A stretch of DNA of 64,000 bases, from assembly GCA_000004985.1 (NCBI GenBank), contig GG738870.1; one strand, given 5' to 3'. Shown here piece by piece: positions 1-11,550 of this stretch (positions are counted from its first letter, which is position 1; every line of letters begins with the position of its first letter). Origin of the DNA: Naegleria gruberi (taxonomy: Eukaryota). A model generated the notes under the pieces. It was not told the DNA's origin, did not search any database, and saw nothing but the letters and a program-made list of their open reading frames with translations. The translations under genes were made by a program, and so were the position numbers.

Positions 1-738
1 TTTGGATTGGCACGTGCTTATAAACATGAGGACGGCAATTTGAAACCACCAAGAAGTAGTTGTGGTTTTAGAGGAACACCACGTTATGCGTCGATCAATG
101 CTCATAACGGTTTGGAATTGAGTAGAAGAGATGATTTGTGGTCGATATTCTATGTGATGGTTGAAATGGCTTCTGGTAATCTTCCATGGAGAAGAATGAG
201 AGATAAGGCAGTTATTGGAAAGCTGAAAGAACAACACACCATTCAAAATTCAGCTGAACTTTTGAAGGGGCTGCCACAACAATTTGTTACCATGTTAAAT
301 TATTTGAAAACTCTTAAATTTGAAAGCGAGCCAGACTATGCACACTTGAAGACTATTTGCAAATCATATTTTGCTCCTAACAAGGAAGCTTTAGAAACAA
401 AAACCTATGAAGAATGTCAATTCGAATGGATTGTCAAAAATTCTGACGAAAACACCAATACTTCTTTAGAGAATGCCAACACAACAAGCACCACAAATCC
501 TGATAGAACTGATTCCAAATCGAGAACTGGAAAATTGTCAACATCTGTCTTTTTTGGATCGACTAGGTTGAGTACTGTAAGCAATGCAAACCTTGGAAGT
601 AATGCGTTGGTTGGAAGTCAACAAGAGTTTTCCAAATCTCTTCCTGACATGTCAAAAAAGAGAGGAAACAAGGGAGATGATAATGAAAGAGATGATCGAG
701 AGGGAAAACAACCACATTGTAAATGTAGTATCATGTAA
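1..738 (+). CDS. Protein kinase of the CK1/tau-tubulin-kinase (TTBK) family. Only the C-terminal half of the kinase domain and the tail are present; the 5' end is cut by the window edge.
   Basis: The frame is open from nt 1 and reads FGLARAYK... (the DFG-region), then GTPRYASINAHNGLELSRRDDLWSIFYVMVEMASGNLPWRRMRDK. This closely matches TTBK/CK1 subdomains VIII-XI. TAA stop at 736-738. The track's 'M' at nt 7 is a TTG, not a real start. Confidence 0.8.
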   Translation, partial: FGLARAYKHEDGNLKPPRSSCGFRGTPRYASINAHNGLELSRRDDLWSIFYVMVEMASGNLPWRRMRDKAVIGKLKEQHTIQNSAELLKGLPQQFVTMLNYLKTLKFESEPDYAHLKTICKSYFAPNKEALETKTYEECQFEWIVKNSDENTNTSLENANTTSTTNPDRTDSKSRTGKLSTSVFFGSTRLSTVSNANLGSNALVGSQQEFSKSLPDMSKKRGNKGDDNERDDREGKQPHCKCSIM

Positions 739-1125
739 ATAATATTATTTTAGAGCGAAATAAATTGACATATTCGAGATTGAAGATTTGTGGATGTTTT
801 GGTTTTTGGTTAAATATGTGAATTCACATATTTGGTTGTGAATAATGAAATGGTAATTTTAAACCGATCATTTCAAATACCTGTGAAGCCACAAACTAAA
901 CTTCTATCATTTACTTATCTGTAGAAACAACATAATTCAAGAATTTCACAAGTTCATTCTTACCCATTCCAAAAATACTTCATCCAATGAGAAAGAAAAT
1001 CACGTTTGTGCTAATCTAAGCAAGATTAGGTTGAATGCAATCACGAAACTGCATTTTGAGAATTAAAATTGAAATTCTATAAATCTAGTGCCATTGTTGA
1101 CTAACGTTTAATTAAACTGAAAAAA

Positions 1126-2019
1126 ATGAAAATTTTGAATAGATATGAGGCTTGGTGGCCTGTTAGAATAGTTTTGGATGAAAACTATTCGACGCCACAG
1201 TTGTTTAAGAAGCAGATAGGAAATTCTGATAAGGATGAAATACGAGTGGTGAAGGAATGTATTGTAAGAATGCAAAATGAGCAAATTCATGAGAAGGATG
1301 AGAATGGATGGTTATTAGATATCAAGCGAAACATGACGAAATCAAGAATTCACATATATGAACAAATATTGAATGGATTTACCAATATTAATCAAAAGCA
1401 AAGGACAACCGAACTAATTAAGAAATTGAATTTGTGGGAAAATAGAGATTTTGCCTCATTATTTGTTGTTAAAAGGGATTTTACTGATCTGCCTTTTAAA
1501 TGGCAGCAAGAAAAGGAAATTGCACTGATAGCTATTCGAAGGGAGCCTAGTACATTCCAATTATTATCAAGAGAATTAAGAATGGACAAGGAAGTTATCA
1601 TGACAGCTGTCAAATTAAATGGAGATTTGCTGAGATATGTATGTGCAACGATTGAAAGAGAAATGGTTTTTACAGCCTTCTCTGCACTAATACCAATCAA
1701 ATATTGTGGTTTATATTGGATTATTGGTAAAATGGCTGATGATAGGGATATTGTAATGGCAGCTGTCAAATCTGATGGTCAAGCTCTTAAGAATGCTTAT
1801 GAATATCAAAATGACAGAGAAATTGTAACAACAGCTGTGCAACATAATGGCTGTGCTATTCAATATGCTTCATTTGAATTGCAATTAGATACTGAGATAG
1901 TGCTGACAGCTGTCAAGCAAAATCCTGATGCTTATTTCCTTGCAACATTTGAATGTCAGACAGATCCTGAAATAATGGAAGCTGCTGGTATAACAGAAGA
2001 TATGGGAATTCTATTTTAA
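1126..2019 (+). CDS. DUF4116-like repeat protein.
   Basis: ATG at 1126 in an A-rich context. Tandem ~35-aa repeats of the form (E/D)(I/V)V(L/M)TAVK(Q/L)NG.AL(K/Q)YAS.EL..D.EIV, typical of the DUF4116 family. TAA stop. Confidence 0.6.
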   Translation: MKILNRYEAWWPVRIVLDENYSTPQLFKKQIGNSDKDEIRVVKECIVRMQNEQIHEKDENGWLLDIKRNMTKSRIHIYEQILNGFTNINQKQRTTELIKKLNLWENRDFASLFVVKRDFTDLPFKWQQEKEIALIAIRREPSTFQLLSRELRMDKEVIMTAVKLNGDLLRYVCATIEREMVFTAFSALIPIKYCGLYWIIGKMADDRDIVMAAVKSDGQALKNAYEYQNDREIVTTAVQHNGCAIQYASFELQLDTEIVLTAVKQNPDAYFLATFECQTDPEIMEAAGITEDMGILF

Positions 2020-2286
2020 CAAATTTCAAAATAAAATCTTTGAAATTCATAGAAAATTAAGATTTTATTCAAAATAATAGTAATCAAATTTAATGGTTGC
2101 GTGAAACAAATGGATTCACCTTGCAATTGAAAATATTCATGTTTGGAATTGCGAGAAGCATGTCGTCCTAAGTTCTAATAAATATTCGATTTTAAATTCG
2201 AATCCGAAAAAGGAATTTCTTGTCGTATAACTAGTTTGCATGATATGAGTTTGTTAGCAATTCACCAATTTAAAAAACCGAACCAC

Positions 2287-3710
2287 ATGAAACTCTATAT
2301 CTTCTTATTATTGACATTCCTGTCAGCTGTTCTTGTCAATAATCTTCCAATTAAAAGAAGAAACAAAGACTTAGAAAAATCATTCAATATTTTTCAATTT
2401 GGCAATCCAATCCAACCCTCTACCAAACATCCAATCCACAATATCAAAATTAACAAAGTTTCAAACCTTCAAATGTCACCAATAATTCTTGTTGGTGGAT
2501 TGGGTGGCTCCTCACTCATGTCCCAACGAAATCACAGCACCAACGAGCCACACTGGTGGTGTCAAAGAACCACTGATCCATTTCAGATTTGGTTATCCCT
2601 TCAGGAAATGATCCCCTATCTCTCAGAAGATTGTTTTGTGAACGACATGTCAGTGGAATTAAAAAATGGAATTCTTGGACAGAAAGATAGAAATGTTAGG
2701 ATTTTTGGAAAGGATATTGGTGGTATGGAAGGTTTAAATTCGATTATTGCAGAGTTTCCAAGTAAATGGTATTATATGAAGCCACTGGCTGACTATTTAG
2801 TTTCGAATGGAAGTTACGAAATTGGAAAGAGTTTGAGAGGGTTTACTTATGACTGGAGAGTGGGTGTCAGAGAGAGGGCAAATGATAGTTTGTCACTCGG
2901 AGGGGATTACTTCAAACTACAAAAATTGGTGGAAGAAACTTTTAAATTGAATGGAAGAAAAGTTTCCTTATTAGGGCATTCTATGGGAGGACCTTTCTTA
3001 CAATATTTTCTAGCTAATTTTGTGAGTCAAGATTGGAAAGATAGATATATTTACAAGTATATTCCTGTGGCTGGTCCATTTGATGGAACATCATTTTCTT
3101 TGGTAAGTAATTCAATTAACTTTTATTCGAAACATTTCAGATTCTTTATGTGACTGGAACTAATTGGCAATTTCCAGGATTCAAACCAGAAAATGCAAAG
3201 AAATTACTTAGACAATATCCTTCCATTCTATTCATGACTCCAACCCAATTTCCATACAAGTATCCATTCTTTTCTTATAAAGGAAATGTGAGCTATCATG
3301 TTGACCTTTCGGATATTGAGAAATTCTTGACAGATGCACAAGTTTCCAATGGAGTTGCACTCTACCATCACGAATACTCTCAATATAAGCACAATAGATT
3401 AAATGCACCTAACGTGACCACTCATTGCATGTATGGTTATGGAACTCCAACAGCCACACGTGTCAGATATACTGGAAACAAGGAATTGAAAGATTTAAAT
3501 TACATGGACGTGTTACATAACACCACTGTTGTGAATAGTGAAGATGGAGATGGAACTGTTCCAATATATTCTTTGGAATTATGTGATCAATTTGCCAAAA
3601 GTCAAAAAAAACCAGTTCATGTTCATCGATTTGCAAATGAAACTCACTCAGATATTATTAATTCAGAACAGTTCCAAAAAATATTACTGGAAATTCTCTC
3701 ATATGATTAA
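2287..3710 (+). CDS. LCAT/LPLA2-family phospholipase (lecithin:cholesterol acyltransferase-like) with signal peptide. Two exons: 2287..3102 and 3141..3710.
   Basis: Signal-peptide-like N-terminus MKLYIFLLLTFLSAVLV. An alternative in-frame ATG lies at 2245. Lipase pentapeptide GHSMGG. Intron 3103..3140 (gtaagtaatt...catttcag) joins ...GTSFSL to ILYVTGTNWQFPGFKP. This junction aligns with the intronless paralogue at 17841..19229 (SPILHMTGDTYG). Confidence 0.8.
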
Positions 3711-4392
3711 AAAATCATTCCATTTTAATAATTATTATTCCATTTATAGAAAAATGTGTGAACTTTAAATTTAAACTTTCTTGAAAATGCAAAAGAGGAA
3801 ATTTTGAGTACATACTACACCTAATTTTTCTCAGCCTGTTGTTGTTGCCAATATTTTCACTAAAATCATTATCACTGTCAGATTCGCATGATAATTCGGA
3901 AAACTTTCAATCTAATATTGTTCAACAACATGATCGATTCCATCAGGTACTTCCGAACATTTTCCTATTGGTTATCATGATGATATAGGTATTATTGTTT
4001 GCATTCCAATGATTTTGTAAAACTGTCTTTAAATTTGATATTTGGTTCTCTTGTCGATCGACAATATCTTCTGTATCTTTGTTTTCTTGTTTTTCTTGAG
4101 GGGATTTCCTGTTAGTGTTCCCTTCTCACTGGCTGTTGCTGTTGTTGTTTCATAGCATCCTTAATTTGTTGTTGGACGTCAACAACCAATTCATTACTTG
4201 TTGACATTTTTCAAAGTAATTATCAAATTAATAAATATTCAATATTGAAGTATATAAAATTTCATTCAAAACAAATATTTTGAGGAATTGAATTTAAGAA
4301 TGGATCGGGATCCCTCAATCATGTAATATTTAAATATCAAATTTAATATTTAAATTATTTTGATATTACAATTTCGGAAGTTTACAAATCAA

Positions 4393-4675
4393 AAAAAAAA
4401 AATGAAAATTCAAAATTTACCTTGTGATTTGTGTGCCGAACACTTGCTATGTTTTTTCAATGAATACCACTTGCTGCAGATGAGATTTATTTCAAAGGCT
4501 TTTGATGAGTGGATCTGGTACTATTTCCTGAATAACAAGACTCGCTACTTGATTCACATCGCATTGGGTAATCATAGGATCGGAGGAGTTGTCGATAATT
4601 TACTGATCAAGATGAAACGATTGAAGGTTATTGATTTGTTTACATTCAATTCTTTGGATTTCTTGTCATTAACAG
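4393..4675 (+). CDS. F-box-like ORF (MKIQNLPCDLCAEHLLCFFNEYHLLQMRFISKAFDEW...). Possibly a 5' exon of the downstream LRR gene, but the join is unresolved.
   Basis: F-box-like LP.DL...L..F......L......SK.F..W pattern. A GTAATT donor follows at 4676. The strong acceptor tttttag at 4737 leads to an in-frame stop. Only a weak acceptor at 4788-4789 (ttgag|) gives an in-frame join to the 4834 ORF. Confidence 0.3.
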
Positions 4676-4833
4676 GTAATTGTTTATTAATTTATTATTA
4701 TTTATTGATGGTCGATTAATATTTGCTGCTTTTTTAGATGTGGGTTTGTGTGAGCTTGGACGATTGTCAGTGGAAGAGTTGAGGTTGAGAGCTGCAACTT
4801 TGTGTTTCTGGAAGTTTCATTGTTGAGTGGATA

Positions 4834-7800
4834 ATGAATGCAAGTCCATTGTTGGAATCTTTGACAGTATTGACACTTACTAATCTTAAAACTGAATATT
4901 TTCACTTGTTGAAAGAGTTTAAGAATTTAAAAACTCTCGAGTTGATACGTCTTGTATCTGAACGAAATCTCCATGAAGAAGAAATGGATCAAACCATGAT
5001 TGGGTTTCCTCAATCTTTGACAGAGTTTCGTTCTAACTATCCACTAACACGCAAGAATATTGAGGACATCACACAACAATGTCCAAATTTAACAGTTTTG
5101 GTTATCAACCCTATTTATTTTGATGATTCTATCATGTCATTAGTACTTTCCAATGTTTCACAAAAGATTGAACAATTTTCTCTCTTTTCTCGAGACACAC
5201 TATCAAATATAACTGGTTCATACTTTTCAGTATTTTCATCCAATTCATTCTCCCATTTGAAAAAGATCAAGGTGGTATGGAAATCAACTTCTGATGAAAC
5301 AATATTGAATCTTCAAAAGAATTTGAGTCTCCTTTCAAGAACATTAGAAAGATTGAAAGTTGTTTTCACTAATGAATATGATTCCTCATATGAATTAGAT
5401 ACATTGTTAGGTTGTCTCTGTAATCTCTCCAACTTGTCTAAATTAACATTAGACTTTCCAAGAAATTTTCAATTTACCATTGTAAAAGAAGATATTTTGG
5501 AACAATTGAAAAGTTGTTTACAACTCAGAATTCTGAAAATTTATGGAGGTACTAACGAAATAGTTTGTTTTAATGTTGTTAAGGCTTTGGCAGGACAACA
5601 TTTGGAAAAACTGTTGTATCATACTGATACTTATTTTGATATTGAGGAGGAACCATTCTTTTTCCATGAATGTGAAGATTTAAAAATTTTGGATCTGCAA
5701 GGTGAACAGCTCCAAGATAAAATTATTCATCAAAATATCCAAGCAATAGTAAATTGCAAACTGGAAGAAGTTTTAGGTGAGGCCATTGAAGCTTCAGTTA
5801 TTCCTCATTTACCTAGGAGTTCTCTAAAGGTTCTTAATGTAAGGGTAACCAACGAGAATGTTGAATATCTAAAATATCTTGGAGAATTCAAGAATTTGAC
5901 AACATTGAAAGTATGCTTTGGTGAGCAGGTTACTAACTTACAAGAGTGCACTTTTCCAAGTAACATTACTAATCTTTCTTTTGTTGGAGAGATTACTGGA
6001 GCAGAAATTGGATTCAAAGACTGGCTGCTCTCTACAAAAATTTTAAAAGAATTAGTGTTTTCAAGATGTAAGATTCAAGATGAATTTATTAAGGATATTA
6101 TTCCCCTATCTGATGAATTGGATATCCTAAAAATAGAGTACAACAACGGCCTTACACAAGAATCAACACAATATTTCAGACAATTCACCAATTGTAGAGT
6201 TTTACTGTTGGAATGCTTTGACTCTAGAGTATTGAGCGCAGATTATTCTCTTTTTGAACAAGAAGTTAACAGGGTTACCGTTATAATGAAAGAAGAATCA
6301 CCAAGCACAAAATGGATTTGCCCAACAATTGATTATAATGATATTGATCAAGGTCTTTCCTATGTAAGAGAAAGAATGCATGTAAGAGAAATGAAAGATG
6401 CATGTTTAGCTATTGAACAACTATCCAGACATGTTTTTTTAGACATTTCGAAAGCCGAAATTTGTAAACTTTTTCTGAGTGCTTTTCAATATGAAACTAA
6501 TGTGGACTTTTATGGAATAATTGATCTTTTGGATGTACTATGGAAAGAAGGAAAAATTGTATTTGAGGAAAATAATATTCACGATCTGGAAAAGTTAATA
6601 CCTCTAATATTATCTCAAACTGAATTTTGTGTTGTTGCTAATATTTTAATGGATTTAGGGAGGTTCACCAGTTTTTTCAATTGTTTTGAGTATATCATAC
6701 AATGTTTGAATGATATTGAGTATAATATTCATAATTGCACACAAAAGATGATCAGTAGAGTTTTACATCAGTTTATTGATGGGAAACAAGATATTTGTAA
6801 TTTTTCTGGACATGTTGTTATTAATACTGTTATTGCAGTAGTGGATTATTTCCCACAAAATGATAGCATTTTGGACTTTATCAACCTAGTCATGTCCAAT
6901 GAATTTTTCAAATCTTCGAAGAAAACCTTAGAACTTATTGCAGAAAAGAAAGCAAAAATAGATGCAGAGTTCACAGAAACAGAAATTGAGCCAATATTGA
7001 AACCTATAGGAGAGGACCTTTTCCAATTTGTGCAGGAGAATATTCCACCACAGAAAAAAGATTATACCATTCATATTGCAGATGTTAAGGTACCAAAAAC
7101 TGGCCCTTTTAATACTAGCTATTATTCTGAACCTTTCATACGGTTTGGACACGAGTGGGTTGTGGAGCTTCTGCCAGGTATGTTACGTTTTATTAATTTT
7201 CTAATTATCTAATCGGAAACAGATGATGAAGATGAATGTTTGGGCAATTCTACAGTATTTTTAACACTAAATTCCACAATTCCAGTAGAGAATAAGCAAC
7301 AGGTATTTGATAGAATAAGACTCGACTTTTTTATTTGTAATTTTGATCTAGAACCTCAATCCTATCTTGTTCACAGTAGAAAATTCATTATGCCTGAAGC
7401 ATCTTATGGAGTATTTCTTGATAAAACTCATATTGCCGCTTACTCAACAGATGAGGATGATTTTCTCAAGTTTAAATTTGTGGTTGGGATGAAGAAAGTT
7501 GAGGAAGAACCATTCAAACCTTTCAATAATATTGAAATGTTCCATGTTGGAAGTAAGGAATTATCCTCAACTAATTATCCTCCTATTGTTCATAGATGGG
7601 CAGCAGAGTTTCCATTATCCATCCATACTTTGACATTTCGTGTTAGTCCTGATAATATTGATAGGTGTTGTTATTCAGATAAGTTCACAGCATTTGGAGC
7701 CAAGTTTTCAGCTTGTTTCAATCACTTGGGTGTTGCCAAAAGTAAGTAGTTTTATGAAATTAGTTACAAACACGTGTATTTCACTACGCGATAATTAACA

Positions 7801-8133
7801 GAGGTTAAGGATTTTAGAGAAAACTCATCAATATATCTATATCTATCTTCCTTTGATTACAATGACAAAGAAAATGAATTGGAATCAATCAAAGTTAAGG
7901 CAATATTTGCAAATTCTGATTTCCACACAGAATCATTCTATGTTTTCAAAAATACATTTCAATCACTTACAAGTTCAGGAAGCACAATACAAAGAGCCTA
8001 CTATCAACCCAAACTAATCCATGTAGATGGAAAGCCTTACTATGAATATGTTGTAAATTGTTGTCTTGCCTTAATGAGTAGAAAAACTTGTCATCCATTT
8101 GGATACAATAAAGAGGAAGAAGAGGATGTTTGA
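4834..8133 (+). CDS. Leucine-rich-repeat protein, about 1064 aa. Three exons: 4834..7177, 7223..7741 and 7802..8133.
   Basis: Long ORF with an LRR-like periodicity (LxxLxLxxN...). GTATGT donor at 7178 and acceptor ...aaacag| at 7222 keep the frame into the 7240 ORF. GTAAGT donor at 7742 and acceptor ttaacag| at 7801 keep the frame into the 7879 ORF. Phases are consistent at both junctions. Confidence 0.6.
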
Positions 8134-8161
8134 ATGAATAGATTAAATAAAGAATTCCATT

Positions 8162-8537
8162 AGAAATGTTAGGATTTTTGGAAAGGATATTGGTGTGGTA
8201 TGGAAGGTTTAAATTCGATTATTGCAGAGTTTCCTATTAAATGGTGACTATTTAGTTTCGAATGGAAGTTACGAAATTAGAAAGAGTTTGAGAGGGGAAG
8301 AAACTTTTAAATCACATATTTGCCAAAAGTCAAAGAAAACCAGTTCATGTTCATCGATGTGCAAATGAAACTCATTCAGATATTATTAATTCAGAACAGT
8401 TCCAAAAAATGTTACTGGAAATTCTCTCATATGATTAAAAAAACTTTCCAATTTAATAATTATTATTCCATTTATAGAAAAATGTGTGAAATATAAATTT
8501 AAACTTTCTTGAAAATACAAAAGAGGAAATTTTGAGT
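8162..8537 (+). pseudogene. Decayed partial duplicate of the LCAT-like gene at 2287..3710: a mosaic of four colinear fragments plus the 3' UTR.
   Basis: 8162-8235 matches 2687-2756. 8236-8297 matches 2762-2840 with a ~20-nt deletion. 8297-8313 matches 2931-2946. 8319-8537 matches 3593-3800 (last codons, stop and 3' UTR). Fragments are about 93-95% identical, in the same orientation, with no intact ORF. Confidence 0.75.
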
Positions 8538-9227
8538 AGTATTGAAAGGTGTAGTATGCACTTGTTCGAAACTTTCAACAAGTTCAAACTTGCACTCAAC
8601 ATTCTCAAACATTTTCATCCATTTTCCAGTGTCGTATTGAGTAATAGGAAGACCGCTGCATTTAGTTGGTCCACCATTTGATGAAAATGTGGAAATGAGA
8701 AAGTAACCGCCCTTCTTTAACAATTTGCACATAATTTTTAAGTACTGAACTTGATCTTCCATAGAATTCAAAAAGTGAAAAGTGGCTCGGTCATGCCAAA
8801 TGTCAATTATTTGCTCTTCTTTCAAAACCGAGTCCAATTTCAAAATATTACTTTCAATGAATGAAACTCTTTCCAATCCATTCAAAGCTTTCATTAATTC
8901 TCGACTTCTTTCAAGAGCTGCCTTTGAAATGTCAATCAAGAAATATTCGCCAAATGTCACTTTTTCTCTCTTGATTATTTCATAGCTCAGATGGGAATTT
9001 CCGCAACCAACATCGATAAATGTCTTGTTGGCATCAGAAACATCGAGAGCGGAACCAAACTTTTCTATTAATTCCAATGAAGTTTCCGGAATTTCCTGAA
9101 ACCAACTTGTTTGTGAATCTGCTTTGGTTTCGTAAACATTTTCCCAGTGCGATTTCAAATCAGTGCTTGCTTCTTGAAGAGCTGAGCTTGCCACAAGTGT
9201 TGGTGTTGTTGAGGATTCTTGTTGCAT
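8499..9227 (-). CDS. Class I SAM-dependent methyltransferase.
   Basis: ATG at 9227 in an aaaaaaaATG context; the ORF-track start at 9275 is GTG. Motif I reads IDVGCGNSHLSYEII. Motif post-I/II (FLIDISKAAL) and the Rossmann pattern are present. TAA stop. Confidence 0.75.
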   Translation of the reverse strand: MQQESSTTPTLVASSALQEASTDLKSHWENVYETKADSQTSWFQEIPETSLELIEKFGSALDVSDANKTFIDVGCGNSHLSYEIIKREKVTFGEYFLIDISKAALERSRELMKALNGLERVSFIESNILKLDSVLKEEQIIDIWHDRATFHFLNSMEDQVQYLKIMCKLLKKGGYFLISTFSSNGGPTKCSGLPITQYDTGKWMKMFENVECKFELVESFEQVHTTPFNTTQNFLFCIFKKV

Positions 9228-9611
9228 TTTTTTTCTTACTGTCGGCTGAACACCAGTATTATTGCGCCATTTCACAAAACATACTATTATGGTGTGAAGG
9301 TTGGGCCGATTATCCTCATGACTTGTAAGGTGTGGAGCATTAACGTGAGAATCAGGATATCAAAATTGATGAAAATTGCAGAGATATCTATAGATATTTA
9401 CAAAATTATACTATGCCTTGATTCTGATAAATTGTTATTTATTTACAATAAAGAAATGTTGTTAATATATTATAAGGTACATTAACAGAGATTGGATTAC
9501 ATGACTAGGTGGTGTGTGTTATGGGGTTGGAGATTAGGTGGTTATATTACATTGATTCACTCGCTGGGACTATATAGAGTTTCATTCTCAAGAGAAAGTT
9601 GACCAAATACT

Positions 9612-9905
9612 TTACAACATTGAAAATGAAGCAGTAGGGCCAACTACATCCTTCGTACAAGCTGCATACGGACTATCACATGAAGAAAGTGCAGGTAAAA
9701 GAAAGACTGAAATGAAAGTTTTCAATGTAGCGACACTCAATCTCTTCTTCTTTTCAACCTTCTTCTTCTTATTGTATGTAGTTGATGATGAGGAGGAACA
9801 AGTCAATACATCATCTTCATCGGCATCATCACTAACTCTTTCATACTTGTTTGATTGTTCTTCCAATTGAATGCTTGAGGTTTTTGTTTGTTGTTGCGGA
9901 GCCAT
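9612..9905 (-). CDS. Hypothetical small Ser/Lys-rich protein with a hydrophobic C-terminus.
   Basis: Real ATG at 9905. No recognisable domain. Status uncertain. Confidence 0.3.
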   Translation of the reverse strand: MAPQQQTKTSSIQLEEQSNKYERVSDDADEDDVLTCSSSSSTTYNKKKKVEKKKRLSVATLKTFISVFLLPALSSCDSPYAACTKDVVGPTASFSML

Positions 9906-10698
9906 CTTATTATATTATATCAATTAATTGTTTTGTATTTTGTTTTAATTTGTTATTGTTGTGTGGCCAATAAACTGAATGTTGTTTAAATTACATCACA
10001 CAACAAGCATTTGTAACTTACTTGCCATTGAAAAGTCTCACCCGTGAAATTATTGTGATGAGAGATGCAATGTTGATGAGAGATAAAAATTATCTAAAAG
10101 GCTAAAAATTGCTTATTGGATGAAAGAGTAACATGTTCACCTCAAAAGAACCTTGCATTGGATAGGTTAGGTTGTCATCTATGATTGTTTTTTTTGGCGC
10201 CAAATTTTTAGATGAACTCTTTCGAGGAGAAGTTCCTTATTCATTTTAATTTGAGTATTCATTGCAAACTAGAGTAAAATCATGTGTGATATGAAAATAA
10301 ACGCAAAGTTCACATATCAATAATACATGTTTAATTTTTGTGTTTCCACTATGTACTGGATTCGATTTTGAAGTTGATTCACTGAAGAAAATATTGAGGC
10401 AAGAGCTCACATTGCTGGTTGACAATGCCATGTGTTTATACCATGTTTGATAATGGCAATAAATGCATTTTGTTAAGGGAGTTGTAAATTAAACTGATGA
10501 CTATTCTTTTGAATATTGTGGAAAATGATAAAAATGTAATTCTTAATATGGAATTTATTTTAATTGCTTATTTTGGTATGTACAGATAAATCCATGGCAA
10601 AATTACCGCAATATTCTTGGTGTGGAAGAGTTTGATTTCTTCAGTCTTGCTTGCTTGATCTTATTTTGTCGAATTTTCTTCAATCTGTAAATATCTTC

Positions 10699-11319
10699 CT
10701 ACTCAGTTTGTTCTAATTCTTCATTAATATACGAAATGGTATTGGAAAGCTTTGGTTGAATGATCTTTTCCAAGGCATTAACACGACGATTGGTTGACTT
10801 GATGGCTTGATCCAATGAAATGAAACTTGTTTGCAAATTTGCTAAACGAATCATTTTGTGAAGAGTTTCAGAAAATGTCAATTTGCAATTTTGAATTTCT
10901 TCACCTCCTCTTGAGAGGAATGAAAGTTGCTTTCTTGAAGGTGATTTCTTAAATTGCAATTTCTCTTCTTGATTATCAACTTGAGTAAATACAGCAAATT
11001 TGACACCTGACACATTTTCCATATGACTTGTTACTCTTACAGCTGCAGATTTAACACTTTCAGTAACTGCAAATGATAAATCTCCAGCACTATATCTTGC
11101 CTCAGTCAATGAAAAGAATGATTTACGAAACAAGCTTGTCATTCCTTCCTTTTCTTCCTTGATTTCGTTCACAATCGAATAAAACTTATTTCTCAAAGCA
11201 TCTGATTTCTTTCTAAGCATCGATTGACCACGTTTAGCACTATTCAAACGATTCTCCATTAATTGTAAGGTCATTCTATTCGGAACAACAGCCAATCTAT
11301 TATTAATAGTTGCAGACAT
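10699..11319 (-). CDS. vatD: V-type ATPase subunit D. The ORF as written ends at an in-frame TAG. The conserved C-terminal tail continues in frame to a TAA at 10603-10605.
   Basis: MSATINNRLAVVPNRMTLQLMENRLNSAKRGQSMLRKKSDAL ... ITNRRVNALEKIIQPKL closely matches Vma8/ATP6V1D. ATG at 11319. After the TAG (10699-10701) the same frame reads EDIYRLKKIRQNKIKQARLKK..., aligning with the conserved EEFYRLKKxQ tail. Confidence 0.85.
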   Translation of the reverse strand: MSATINNRLAVVPNRMTLQLMENRLNSAKRGQSMLRKKSDALRNKFYSIVNEIKEEKEGMTSLFRKSFFSLTEARYSAGDLSFAVTESVKSAAVRVTSHMENVSGVKFAVFTQVDNQEEKLQFKKSPSRKQLSFLSRGGEEIQNCKLTFSETLHKMIRLANLQTSFISLDQAIKSTNRRVNALEKIIQPKLSNTISYINEELEQTE

Positions 11320-11550
11320 TTTTTTATGTTTTGAAAATTTCATCTCCTGAAAATGTTTGTGAATTTAAAGTTTTTGCGATTTTGCTTTATTTTTAGTTTT
11401 TGAAATTTTCATGTTGTTTCAATTTGGTTGCTGTAACACGGAAAGTCGTTGGAAAAGGATAGTATGGAGTTTAGTTTTGGATATTTGCATTAGAATGGAA
11501 TTTCAATGAACATTTTTTGAACTTTATTGTAAATTTTCTTGTTAAAAAAA

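Noticed and set aside
3850-4210. Minus-strand mini-ORF MSTSNELVVDVQQQIKDAMKQQQQQPVRREH with a good ATG.
   Set aside because: Only 33 codons before a stop. No in-phase splice continuation was found and no larger ORF is present. Left unannotated.
10603-10701. Possibility that TAG is a reassigned sense codon in this genome, or that an 18-nt 'gtaggaagatatttacag' intron removes it from vatD.
   Set aside because: Long ORFs elsewhere in the window (up to 1701 codons) contain no in-frame TAG, and TAG terminates track ORFs normally. An 18-nt intron is far below the about 40-nt minimum seen for every other intron here. A single-site change or readthrough is more parsimonious.
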